Source: an uncultured Pseudomonadota bacterium (lineage in GTDB: Bacteria; Babelota; Babeliae; Babelales; Vermiphilaceae). Taken from it: a stretch of 64,000 bases of DNA. Every line of letters begins with the position of its first letter. Within the stretch, counting starts at the first letter, position 1. Below, in pieces: positions 8,808 through 17,477 of this stretch. Under the pieces are notes generated by a model. The model saw nothing but the letters and a program-made list of their open reading frames with translations, searched no databases and was not told where the DNA came from. The DNA lies in the NCBI GenBank assembly GCA_964417975.1, contig CAYQJQ010000003.1:35413-99412 (forward strand), in the 5' to 3' direction. Made by a program: the position numbers and the translations under genes.

Positions 8808-9247
8808 GTAATAACTATTTTCCATAGCCCACCTGTTTTTGACGACTTCTTTAAAATAGTTTTTTCTCAGTTATCTCAATACCCCATTTTCTGTTCCTGT
8901 AAAAATGTCTTCTGATAATTTTTAAGTCATCGGTAAAACAAAAAACACGATCAAGGATCAATTAAGCGCATCTATTTTTTAAATGATCAAGTCAATACAT
9001 GCCAGAATTTTATTTTTCGCCTGAATTTAAATTAACGGCAAATAAACCCAAGCGCTTCTACACTATTTTTTGAGTCATTCCGCTGTCATTTGTCCCGTTA
9101 CAGATATATTGCCCAGCGCAAATGTTTACATAATATCCATTATCGGAACACCCCCTAAAAAACCTTATTTTTACGGGCTTTTTTGGATGGTCACAGATTC
9201 TATTGTTGCGCCATAATTTGCCCCCAGTTTCCTTGTAATCTCAGTCA

Positions 9248-9277
9248 TTGAAGTACTAAAAGCGATTATGATACTAT
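9248..9277 (+). promoter_or_regulatory. possible promoter of the ankyrin gene (TTGAAG, 18-nt spacer, TACTAT)
   Basis: ttgaag at 9248-9253 and tactat at 9272-9277, about 50 nt upstream of the ATG at 9327. The -10 hexamer is the same as in the 8644 promoter. Confidence 0.3.
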
Positions 9278-9326
9278 GAAATAAAGAGGAATTCATCGCA
9301 TAATATAAAAGCAGGATTAAGATAAT

Positions 9327-10346
9327 ATGAAAATAATTAAATATTTAATTACATTGATTCTTTTTTCTTATGTATACCGTACTAAAATAAATGCAGTAGT
9401 CGAATCAGTATGGGAAAAAGAGCCGGTAAAATCTACGGTTGAAAAATTAACACCAGATCCCAAAATGAGTAGGTGCCTGATTAGTGCCAAGAAAAACACA
9501 GACAATCCACTTAAGGGATTGGAGTCCTGTTTTTGGTATGCCATTCGGACTGAAAATAGCGACGCCTTAACCTTGCTGTTAGAAACGGGAGTTGACCCTA
9601 ATATAAGAAATATTACGGGGTACACGGGGTTAATGGTACATGCAGGTGGACCGCATGATAATTCAGCTATAACAGAACTTTTATTAAAGGCTCACGCCGA
9701 TCCTAATAAGCAATCATTGGCCGATGGTACAACAGCGCTTTTACGGGCGGCCGAAAAAGGAAATATTGCTATTGCCCAGGCGTTATTAGAACACAAAGCA
9801 ATGGTTAATCAGCTTGATTATTACGGTAATTCACCATTATTACTGGCAGCGCGAAACGGCAAAACCGAAATGGTGCGTGTGTTGTTGACAAAAGAGCCAC
9901 TCATTAATCATCAGAATCAAACCGGAACGACTCCATTAATGGCTGCGGTAGGCAATGAACATACTGATGTAGTTAAAATCTTATTACAAAATAATGCTAG
10001 TACCATTGTACAAAACCAGGCAGGAGAAACAGCCCTCATGCTTGCTGTTCAAAATGACGACCAAGATACGACTAATGCTATTCTGCAGGTAAATGACGAG
10101 ACGAGAGATGGTATTAACAGTAAAGGAGAAACGGCACTTATTATCGCTGCCCAAAACCAATCATTGCCATTAATCTCCTTGTTGATCAAGGCAAATGCCA
10201 ATCCCTTCATTACGGATGCTTCAGGCAAGGGTGCGCGCGATTATATTGATGATCACGATATATTAAATACATTTGATCAGATGATTACTGCAAACGAGAC
10301 AGTTCATAGAGCGCTATTGAAAAAGAACATAAGTACCCTGCTTTAA
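9327..10346 (+). CDS. secreted ankyrin-repeat protein (about 7 ANK repeats)
   Basis: It has an N-terminal signal peptide (MKIIKYLITLILFSYVYRTKINA). Repeated ANK consensus units include DGTTALLRAAEKGNIAIAQALLEHKAMVN, GNSPLLLAARNGKTEMVRVLL, GTTPLMAAVGNEHTDVVKILLQ and GETALMLAV. Confidence 0.9.
   Translation: MKIIKYLITLILFSYVYRTKINAVVESVWEKEPVKSTVEKLTPDPKMSRCLISAKKNTDNPLKGLESCFWYAIRTENSDALTLLLETGVDPNIRNITGYTGLMVHAGGPHDNSAITELLLKAHADPNKQSLADGTTALLRAAEKGNIAIAQALLEHKAMVNQLDYYGNSPLLLAARNGKTEMVRVLLTKEPLINHQNQTGTTPLMAAVGNEHTDVVKILLQNNASTIVQNQAGETALMLAVQNDDQDTTNAILQVNDETRDGINSKGETALIIAAQNQSLPLISLLIKANANPFITDASGKGARDYIDDHDILNTFDQMITANETVHRALLKKNISTLL
10294..10331 (+). repeat. 38-nt exact repeat, copy 1 (3' end of the ankyrin gene)
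   Basis: acgagacagttcatagagcgctattgaaaaagaacata is identical to 12808-12845. It encodes ETVHRALLKKNI. Confidence 0.95.
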
Positions 10347-10481
10347 AAAAAAGCAAAAATAATGCTTAGTTGAGTAGTAATTTAAAATTTTTGCCTTTAA
10401 TAACCTATTTTAATATGATTATTCTTCTGTTATTATTAATGATAATAATGCAATTTCTATTAAAAGAGTAATTAAAATCAT

Positions 10482-12866
10482 ATGAAACATTCATTTTTGA
10501 GATCTTGGGTTTCTGTATTTCACGCTTTTATTCTCCTGTTGTTTGCCGGAACTATTGAGCAGTCCTATGCTGCTCCTAGAATTAATCTTACCGTGAATAA
10601 TAGAAAAGTAATGCTACCGTTGGGTTTAGCGTTAACCGTGGGTTCTATGAGTTTGCAAAAACTAATAGCTTGTAAAGGTATTATTACGGCAGATAGAGGT
10701 ATTATTACGCCAGAAAAAACAACGCTTAAGACTACCACCAATACGGTTAAAGAGCAGATTAAACCTTCGGAATTTGCAGTTAGGGTAGCAAAAAGATTAG
10801 ATGGAAAAATATTAAAAGTAATAAAAGAAACAGGTATAGATACTGATTTACTCACTACAGAGCTCAGCATCAGTAAAACTGAAATCAATATGGCACTGAC
10901 AAGTTTTTGTAATGGTAATCAAAAAGATAACCCTATCGCGCAGGCAATTAAAAATTTATTGTACAAAAACTTAGACCCTGAATTTCATGCCTATCTCATG
11001 GTTAGCCCGGAGAGCATGTACAAAGTCTATACGAGCCTTTCGCTCGAAGAGAAAAATCAGGTTTTAGCAAATTTCAGTATTGTTCTTAAAGGCGAGGGGG
11101 ACATTGAAACTCCTCGTACCAAATACTCAAAGATCTTATATGAGAAATTAGATTCTCCTGAAGCTTACAAAAAGGCTGACTTATTAAGAAAAGTTTCACA
11201 ACAAAAGGCTGACTTATTAAGAGAAATTTCACAACAACTAGCAACGCAGGTTAATGCTGCTTTAGTTAATTCTAATTTAACGGAGAAACCCCGAGCAATT
11301 AGTTTAAACTCTATATTGAATGAACTCAAAGAAGATTGTGGTTTAAATCAACTATGTGATGAATTACTTACTCGTAACAATCTAAGCGAGGAGGAACGGC
11401 AAAACTTGAAAAAAATAGCCTTACATCATGTGTTATCAAAGTATCTAACGATTCAAAATAGTGATTTATTTACTCCTAAAATTGTTGGCTTATTATTTGA
11501 GTCTCTAGATGATGGAATTAAGGGGAATATATTAACAAAACTCACTAAGGCTTTTAATGCAAAAAATGCCGAAAATCACGAGCAATTAAAGAAGGAGAAG
11601 GAGTCTTATACTAAGATATTTTTACGTTCACTAATGTTTATGAACTGGAATGATCCATGTATTTACCAATTCATTGCATTGAATAGATATGCAACATTAA
11701 AGACAGATCAACAGAAAGAAGTATTACAATCTCTTGTCAATATTTTTACAAATCCTTATACAATGAAGCAAGAAACAACAAAAACGTTTACTGATACCTT
11801 ACGTAAATACCTTTTATTAGATTTTTGTACTGAGAGAGAATTAACTGCTTCTTGGCCAGACAATATATGGCAACACTATAATCTAAACCTACTATCAATA
11901 AATCGTTTGTATTCAACATTGCCTGAGGAAGAAAGAAAAATTCTTGGCGATCTGTTACGTACTATATTCGATCCAAAGTACCCAGATCGGCAAAAAGCCG
12001 CAAAAGAAGCCTATTTAACAGCTTTAAAAGAACGTAATAAAATCTTAACAACAGAACTACTAGATGGAGTATATTACAGTAAATGCGATAAAGTCAGTGC
12101 CGCATTAGAAAAAGGTGCTGATCCATACACTCGAGTGCCGGTCATGTTCAACGGCGCACAAGTTTTTTATCCTATTTTATATAAAATGATTGATACAAAA
12201 AACCAAGAGATGGCTAAGCTTTTATTATCGTATTGGCAAAGTCCAATTCATTATATTGATTTTCCGCCTTTTACAAGTGGAGAGGAAAAACAGCTATTTA
12301 GTTTATTTGATTTTTTAAACGATCCTAGGCATTATACTAGATTCCATCCAGAAACTTCAGATCACATGCAATTACAACAACAGCAAGAGAATCAACAATC
12401 TTTTAAAACAGAACTGTTACAATATTTTGTTGAGGAAGGTCCATTAGAGACTTTGATAAAAAATATAGAAAAAAATGAAAATTTTATAAATGAAGAAAGT
12501 AAAAAGATGCTACTATTAGGGCTAGTAAAATATTCATATAAACATGTTACTGATCAAAATGGTATGACTACCTGCATGTATGATGACTATATTGCTAGAT
12601 TGATAAAAAACCATCCTGAACCCTCAAAAATTCTTTCAGAGTTGTACTCGGCTTTAAAAAAGGATCAGGATAAGGGTAAGAAATTTCCGCGTTGTTGTGA
12701 TCATCGAATGGCAGTAAGCAAATTTAATCCAATTAACATTATCCCTACAGTAACAAATCTAAACGAAGACACATCATCGATTATCACGGAATATGCATTT
12801 GACTTTGACGAGACAGTTCATAGAGCGCTATTGAAAAAGAACATATTTGATATAGTTACTTCTTAA
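10482..12866 (+). CDS. large secreted protein of unknown function with ankyrin-like repeat(s) near the C-terminal third
   Basis: A 794-aa ORF in very AT-rich DNA with a signal peptide (FHAFILLLFAGTIEQSYA). It is helical and K/E/L/N-rich, with an ANK-like segment (LLDGVYYSKCDKVSAALEKGADPYTRVP ... NQEMAKLLLSY). I recognise no catalytic motif. Confidence 0.6.
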   Translation: MKHSFLRSWVSVFHAFILLLFAGTIEQSYAAPRINLTVNNRKVMLPLGLALTVGSMSLQKLIACKGIITADRGIITPEKTTLKTTTNTVKEQIKPSEFAVRVAKRLDGKILKVIKETGIDTDLLTTELSISKTEINMALTSFCNGNQKDNPIAQAIKNLLYKNLDPEFHAYLMVSPESMYKVYTSLSLEEKNQVLANFSIVLKGEGDIETPRTKYSKILYEKLDSPEAYKKADLLRKVSQQKADLLREISQQLATQVNAALVNSNLTEKPRAISLNSILNELKEDCGLNQLCDELLTRNNLSEEERQNLKKIALHHVLSKYLTIQNSDLFTPKIVGLLFESLDDGIKGNILTKLTKAFNAKNAENHEQLKKEKESYTKIFLRSLMFMNWNDPCIYQFIALNRYATLKTDQQKEVLQSLVNIFTNPYTMKQETTKTFTDTLRKYLLLDFCTERELTASWPDNIWQHYNLNLLSINRLYSTLPEEERKILGDLLRTIFDPKYPDRQKAAKEAYLTALKERNKILTTELLDGVYYSKCDKVSAALEKGADPYTRVPVMFNGAQVFYPILYKMIDTKNQEMAKLLLSYWQSPIHYIDFPPFTSGEEKQLFSLFDFLNDPRHYTRFHPETSDHMQLQQQQENQQSFKTELLQYFVEEGPLETLIKNIEKNENFINEESKKMLLLGLVKYSYKHVTDQNGMTTCMYDDYIARLIKNHPEPSKILSELYSALKKDQDKGKKFPRCCDHRMAVSKFNPINIIPTVTNLNEDTSSIITEYAFDFDETVHRALLKKNIFDIVTS
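11172..11237 (+). repeat. in-frame 33-nt tandem duplication (2 copies)
   Basis: aaggctgacttattaagaaaagtttcacaacaa at 11172-11204 and aaggctgacttattaagagaaatttcacaacaa at 11205-11237. They encode KADLLRKVSQQ / KADLLREISQQ. Confidence 0.9.
12808..12845 (+). repeat. 38-nt exact repeat, copy 2 (3' end of the 794-aa gene)
   Basis: Identical to 10294-10331. It encodes ETVHRALLKKNI just before the stop. Confidence 0.95.
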
Positions 12867-12988
12867 AAACAAATGTACTATTCTTTATCTCGTATCTTGA
12901 GTCTCAACAAATAATTATAGATCGAAACACGTATTTCTCAAGTTGGCATTAGGTACATGCCAACACAAATAAAATCTATATACTAAAT

Positions 12989-13846
12989 ATGACAGTATTT
13001 TTATTGTATAGATTTTTTAATATTCGTCCCATCATGACTCTAGTAGTTAATAGTTTGAAAATCAGACAGATACCTATTGCCACGGTAAAAAAAGAGGTAG
13101 TAGTCATTTTTGTGCATGGCTTTGGTGCTAATGGCAGTTGGGTGCACCGCTATGTGTCACGCAATTATCTATTAGCAGATATAGTGTCCTTTTTTGATTT
13201 TTCCGATGCCGTTCACATTCCAGAACAATCATTGGCAAGCATCACCTTATTTTTGCGTTCATGTAAAAACTTGACTAATACCTATCTGGGGCAACAGGAC
13301 GATATTGAACGATTAAAAAATGCGATTCAAGAGGTTATTCAGCGATATCCAGAAGCCATAATTGTATTGTATGGCTTTTCGCGTGGCGCAGCAACCATTA
13401 TTAATACACTTGGCTTGCTTGGCAAAATAAATTCTACACTCTTACCGTATATTAAAGGAGCTATTCTTGAGTCACCTTTTGCGGACATGAATGATATTTT
13501 GGGACATCTCTTGCGCTTTTTGCCCACTGAAACACGTGCCTCATTATTTTATCAAATTTTTAAAAATCATAATCTGCGTGGTGAGCAGCCTATAGATATG
13601 GAAACGTATATTCCAGGCAATATTCCGTTACTCTTCATCTCTTGCCACTACGATTTTCTCGTGCCTCACACCAGTACGGCACGATTGCATCAAAAAATTA
13701 AAGCAACCAGAGGAGTTGAAACCGATCAAACCATCACCCTACATACACAACTTTCTTACGGAGTTCATGCACATATGTTTTGCAATGAATATCAACGTGC
13801 CGTTCATGAGTTTTTTACCTTGGTTCATGCTCTCAATAATCATTAA
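12989..13846 (+). CDS. alpha/beta-fold hydrolase (esterase/lipase-like)
   Basis: It has an HG oxyanion-type motif (VVIFVHGFGANGS) and a nucleophile elbow, GFSRG (GxSxG). A late Asp and His are plausible. The start could instead be the ATG at 13034. Confidence 0.65.
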   Translation: MTVFLLYRFFNIRPIMTLVVNSLKIRQIPIATVKKEVVVIFVHGFGANGSWVHRYVSRNYLLADIVSFFDFSDAVHIPEQSLASITLFLRSCKNLTNTYLGQQDDIERLKNAIQEVIQRYPEAIIVLYGFSRGAATIINTLGLLGKINSTLLPYIKGAILESPFADMNDILGHLLRFLPTETRASLFYQIFKNHNLRGEQPIDMETYIPGNIPLLFISCHYDFLVPHTSTARLHQKIKATRGVETDQTITLHTQLSYGVHAHMFCNEYQRAVHEFFTLVHALNNH

Positions 13847-14363
13847 TATTTTTCATGAAACCAGTGAGGCGTGATTGCTGTTGCCATAATCCACATAACG
13901 CGATGGCAATAGCATCAGTAATATCATTATAAGGGATTGACGGAGCTAATCCGGGAATAAATCGATGTACAACGCGCGCTACCTGCTCTTTTTGCGCCCC
14001 ACCAAAACCAGTAATCTGCTTTTTAATTTCAGTAGGGGAAAACTCGGAAATAATAAGTTCATGTTTATGCGCAATCAAGTACAGCGCTCCTCGCAAATAA
14101 CCGAGCTTGAGAAAATTTTGTGCATTTTTGCCGAGAAAAGGAGTTTCGAGCGCAAGATGCGTTACTTCCCATTGCTCAACTTTTTTAGATATAAATTCAA
14201 AAAAAGCAGCAATACGTTCCTGCAGTGGATCTTGGGCAGCCGTTTTAAAACTGCCATACTCACGCAAAGAGACACCGCGACTACTTGATACAACTATGCC
14301 GAATCCGGTAATCGACAGGCCAGGATCAACTCCTAAAATTACTGCTTCCTTTTTTTGTGTCAT
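13833..14363 (-). CDS. ruvC: crossover junction endodeoxyribonuclease RuvC
   Basis: The N-terminus ILGVDPGLSITGFGIV and the C-terminal DITDAIAIALC acidic-residue pattern are typical of RuvC. Length is 176 aa. Confidence 0.9.
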   Translation of the reverse strand: MTQKKEAVILGVDPGLSITGFGIVVSSSRGVSLREYGSFKTAAQDPLQERIAAFFEFISKKVEQWEVTHLALETPFLGKNAQNFLKLGYLRGALYLIAHKHELIISEFSPTEIKKQITGFGGAQKEQVARVVHRFIPGLAPSIPYNDITDAIAIALCGLWQQQSRLTGFMKNINDY

Positions 14364-14651
14364 CGCATGAAACCAACATCAATTTAGCCATGAACTAAGT
14401 GCGCTAGTTCAGACTGATGCGAACCTCCTTCTATCCCATCGACAGGAAGATGGGAAAAACCTTGATACAACAACCCTGTAAGTATGAAAAACATACAACT
14501 ACTCATAAGAACATCAGTTTTAAAGCGGGCAATACTTTTCAACGTGTGCCTTTCGGGAAAAGTGTACTAAAAAGGGCTTCTTCTATTTAAATTATGCCTT
14601 AAATAAAGCCATATGGCTACTTATTTTTGTACTTTTTGCTAGATCTCACCC

Positions 14652-16034
14652 TTATGACGGATCAAACTCAGAGTCAATAAACCGAGTAAGGTCTTTCAGG
14701 AACTCAAGGTATACAGTACCAGTAGGCCCATTGCGCTGTTTTCCTATAATAAGTTCAGCACGTGAGGGAAACTGGGTTTCTTTGTCATAGACATAATCAC
14801 GGTAGAGAAACATAATAAGGTCGGCATCCTGCTCAATAGCACCTGACTCCCGTAAATCGGAAAGAATAGGCCGTTTATCAACCCGGCTATCAACCGCACG
14901 GGACAACTGAGACAAGGCAAGCACCGGGATATTAAGTTCTTTTGCTAGCGATTTTAAAGAGCGCGATATATCAGATACTTCTTGATGCCTGTTTTCATGT
15001 TTTTGTGCTGAATGAATAAGTTGTAAATAATCAATCACTAAGAGCTTGATATTATGTTCGGCTTTAAGTTTACGAGCCTTGGCCCGCAGCTCCATGATAT
15101 CAAGCATCGCCGTATCGTCTATAAAGATAGGCATTTCTGATAATTTTCCTGCAACCGATGTCAACTCTAACCATTGACCCGAACTAATCGTTGCATTTCT
15201 AATAGAATGATGCGGAATACCAGATTCAGAAGATAATAATCGTAGCGTAAGCTGCTCAGCCGCCATTTCAAGGGAAAAAATACCAACCGGAAATCCACGT
15301 GCTGCGGCTTGTACGGCTATGCTAACCGATAATGCGGTTTTGCCCATGGACGGCCGAGCCGCCAAGACTATAAAGTCTCCCCCCTGCAACCCAGAAGTCA
15401 TCTCATCTAATTTTTGAAAAGCGGTCGGAATGCCCGTTACCCCTTTGCCATTATTTTTTAATGAGGAAAGGTGTTGAAATGTTTTTCGAAGCCAAATATC
15501 GATCTGCACAAAATTTGAACGCATCCTTTTATTGGCAATCCCGTAAATCGTTTTTTCCGCATCATCAAGCACAGCATCTATGCCTTTTTGATCCTGTAGA
15601 TAGCAACTGGTCATGATATGATCAGCGCTTTTTATCAACTCACGTAGTACAGACTTTTCTTTAATAAGCTGGGCATGTTGCTCAACAAATCCGGTTAAGG
15701 GAAACTCTTCCTGCAATCCGACCAAATACGCAACGCCACCTACCGAATCGAGTGTGCCTGCAGCAACAAGGACATCCTGTACTGTAATGAGATCTATCCG
15801 TTTTCGTTGCTGTGCAATTTGAGTCATAGCAGCAAAGATAGTAGCATGATAGGGCTGAAAGAAATCATCAGCCGTAATAATCTCACTTACCCGAGACAAA
15901 ATCTCATCGTTCATCAAAATGGCACCTAGAACCGCCCGTTCAGCTTCATTATTAGAAGGAACGGGCAAACTGCGTCCTGCCATCTGTTTCTTGAATTGCG
16001 GTGAAATAGGGAATTTTGTAATGGAATAGGGCAC
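14652..16034 (-). CDS. dnaB: replicative DNA helicase DnaB
   Basis: N-terminal ERAVLGAILMNDE, Walker A ARPSMGKTALSVSIA, Walker B LLVIDYLQL and SQLSR; 460 aa. Confidence 0.95.
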   Translation of the reverse strand: MPYSITKFPISPQFKKQMAGRSLPVPSNNEAERAVLGAILMNDEILSRVSEIITADDFFQPYHATIFAAMTQIAQQRKRIDLITVQDVLVAAGTLDSVGGVAYLVGLQEEFPLTGFVEQHAQLIKEKSVLRELIKSADHIMTSCYLQDQKGIDAVLDDAEKTIYGIANKRMRSNFVQIDIWLRKTFQHLSSLKNNGKGVTGIPTAFQKLDEMTSGLQGGDFIVLAARPSMGKTALSVSIAVQAAARGFPVGIFSLEMAAEQLTLRLLSSESGIPHHSIRNATISSGQWLELTSVAGKLSEMPIFIDDTAMLDIMELRAKARKLKAEHNIKLLVIDYLQLIHSAQKHENRHQEVSDISRSLKSLAKELNIPVLALSQLSRAVDSRVDKRPILSDLRESGAIEQDADLIMFLYRDYVYDKETQFPSRAELIIGKQRNGPTGTVYLEFLKDLTRFIDSEFDPS

Positions 16035-16051
16035 AGCAAATATCCAGGTAA

Positions 16052-16495
16052 TTATTCAGCGACGATAGATAATTTAACGCGCGGACGAAGACGTGAAGTC
16101 AGCTTGATTTCAACCTCAAAGGTACCCTTAGTTTTTATTGGTTTATCGAGTATAATTTGTGATTTTGAAATCGAAACACCTTGCTGAGAAAACAGATCGA
16201 CAATATCACTTGCCGTAACTGCGCCATACAATTTATCACCATCATGGAGCTTCTTTTTAAGCACAAGCTTCAATGCTTTTATTCGTTCTGCAAGCATAGA
16301 ACTCTTGGTTTCAATGACTGCATTTCTTTTTTCAAGCACTAATGCTTTTTTCTTATAAAATGCTTCTGTAGTTTCATTAACCTCTATTGCTAAGTTGCGG
16401 GGCAGCAAATAGTTACGACCATAACCATCTTCCACTTTAATAATTTCTCCCGCCATTCCAACACTTGGAATATCTTTTTTTAAATATACTTTCAT
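16052..16495 (-). CDS. rplI: 50S ribosomal protein L9
   Basis: MKVYLKKDIPSVGMAGEIIKVEDGYGRNYLLPRNLA matches the L9 N-terminal domain. The conserved rplI-dnaB arrangement is present. Confidence 0.9.
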   Translation of the reverse strand: MKVYLKKDIPSVGMAGEIIKVEDGYGRNYLLPRNLAIEVNETTEAFYKKKALVLEKRNAVIETKSSMLAERIKALKLVLKKKLHDGDKLYGAVTASDIVDLFSQQGVSISKSQIILDKPIKTKGTFEVEIKLTSRLRPRVKLSIVAE

Positions 16496-16572
16496 GAAGC
16501 TCCTTAAAGCGTATAGTAATAGGTAATTTTATCTATTAATATACCTAAAAACCAATAAGGAGAAAAGAAGAT

Positions 16573-16983
16573 CTACAGGTTTTCATTCCATTGATACGTA
16601 GAAATGTGACCATCGTCAGACACAGAAATAACAGCACTGACCGCTTGTACAATAGTATTGCTGCGTAGTAAGTTCACACGGACCACTATTCTATTATTTT
16701 CATCAGAAAAGGATATCACGCCACGATATCCATCAGCAATCTGTGCAACTTCGTACGTAATGGGTAAAACAGTATTAGCGATCTTTTGAGTATGATAATC
16801 CTGTAACGCAGCACCAAGAAGTGTATTCAATAAAAATCGCTCTCTGATACAAGTGCGATACGTGTCTACACTCCGTTTATAGAGCACTGCCTGACGGTGT
16901 AACAATGTGAGAGCAAAAATCATACTCATGAGGACAAATAATAACAGATGACCTATGAAGCCTGGTTCTTTTTTTATAACCAT
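16573..16983 (-). CDS. pseudopilin-like protein lacking the +5 acidic residue (GspK/ComGG-like position)
   Basis: MVIKKEPG/FIGHLLLFVLMSMIFALTLL has a short basic leader, a Gly and a hydrophobic helix. It is third in a translationally coupled trio and overlaps the preceding gene by 10 nt. Confidence 0.4.
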   Translation of the reverse strand: MVIKKEPGFIGHLLLFVLMSMIFALTLLHRQAVLYKRSVDTYRTCIRERFLLNTLLGAALQDYHTQKIANTVLPITYEVAQIADGYRGVISFSDENNRIVVRVNLLRSNTIVQAVSAVISVSDDGHISTYQWNENL

Positions 16984-17477
16984 TGATATCCATTCATGCA
17001 GGGTACGGTATGTGTATGTATAGCGCCATTTTTTTGCACAATTTTTAAAGATACAGCATCAATAATTTCAAGTTCACTATTTTTGCTCACGCAACAGTAA
17101 AAATCGCGAACGTCACGAATGATCGTTTGTATTACCGCTTCCGGTGAGCCATTACTATCCGTTTCATAATACATCCTAACTACATGGTTATTATGCAGTT
17201 TCCAGGTAATTTTTTTACCCCTAATATTATGAAAAATACAGAGCGATGGTAGGGGAATTTCGATATCTTTGTAGTGATTGTCAGCATGTCGAATATCCTT
17301 TTTTAGTAGTTCAATTCCACAGGCAGTTGCAAGACGTTCTTCAGCAAGTACCCGTATCTTTTTTTGGGTTAATTGCATAGCAGTATATCCATTAAATATA
17401 AGTACTAATGATACCACCGCTATCATGGATACGATCATTCCCTCAAGAAATATCGATCCGAATACCGTTTTTTTCAT
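16974..17477 (-). CDS. type IV pilin-like / minor pseudopilin
   Basis: MKKTVFG/SIFLEGMIVSMIAVVSLVLIF is a prepilin-type class III signal with Glu at +5 after the Gly. It overlaps the upstream gene by 4 nt. Confidence 0.55.
   Translation of the reverse strand: MKKTVFGSIFLEGMIVSMIAVVSLVLIFNGYTAMQLTQKKIRVLAEERLATACGIELLKKDIRHADNHYKDIEIPLPSLCIFHNIRGKKITWKLHNNHVVRMYYETDSNGSPEAVIQTIIRDVRDFYCCVSKNSELEIIDAVSLKIVQKNGAIHTHTVPCMNGYQWL

Noticed and set aside
8603-9326. A possible chromosomal origin (oriC) next to dnaN-recF.
   Set aside because: Only isolated words with 2-3 mismatches to TTATCCACA were found. There is no cluster of DnaA boxes, no clear AT-rich 13-mer array and no adjacent dnaA. Without genome-wide GC skew I cannot support it.
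14364-14651. The 288-bp dnaB-ruvC spacer, which contains a hairpin (cccatc..gatggg, about 14436-14455), an AAGGAGG-like word on the minus strand and a 40-codon minus-strand ORF (14384..14506, MSSCMFF...). I considered SRP/4.5S RNA or a small gene.
   Set aside because: It has no GGAA tetraloop/AGCAGC-type SRP helix-8 motif. The SD-like word has no start codon at the proper distance. The small ORF has no SD and no recognisable family, so the support is insufficient.
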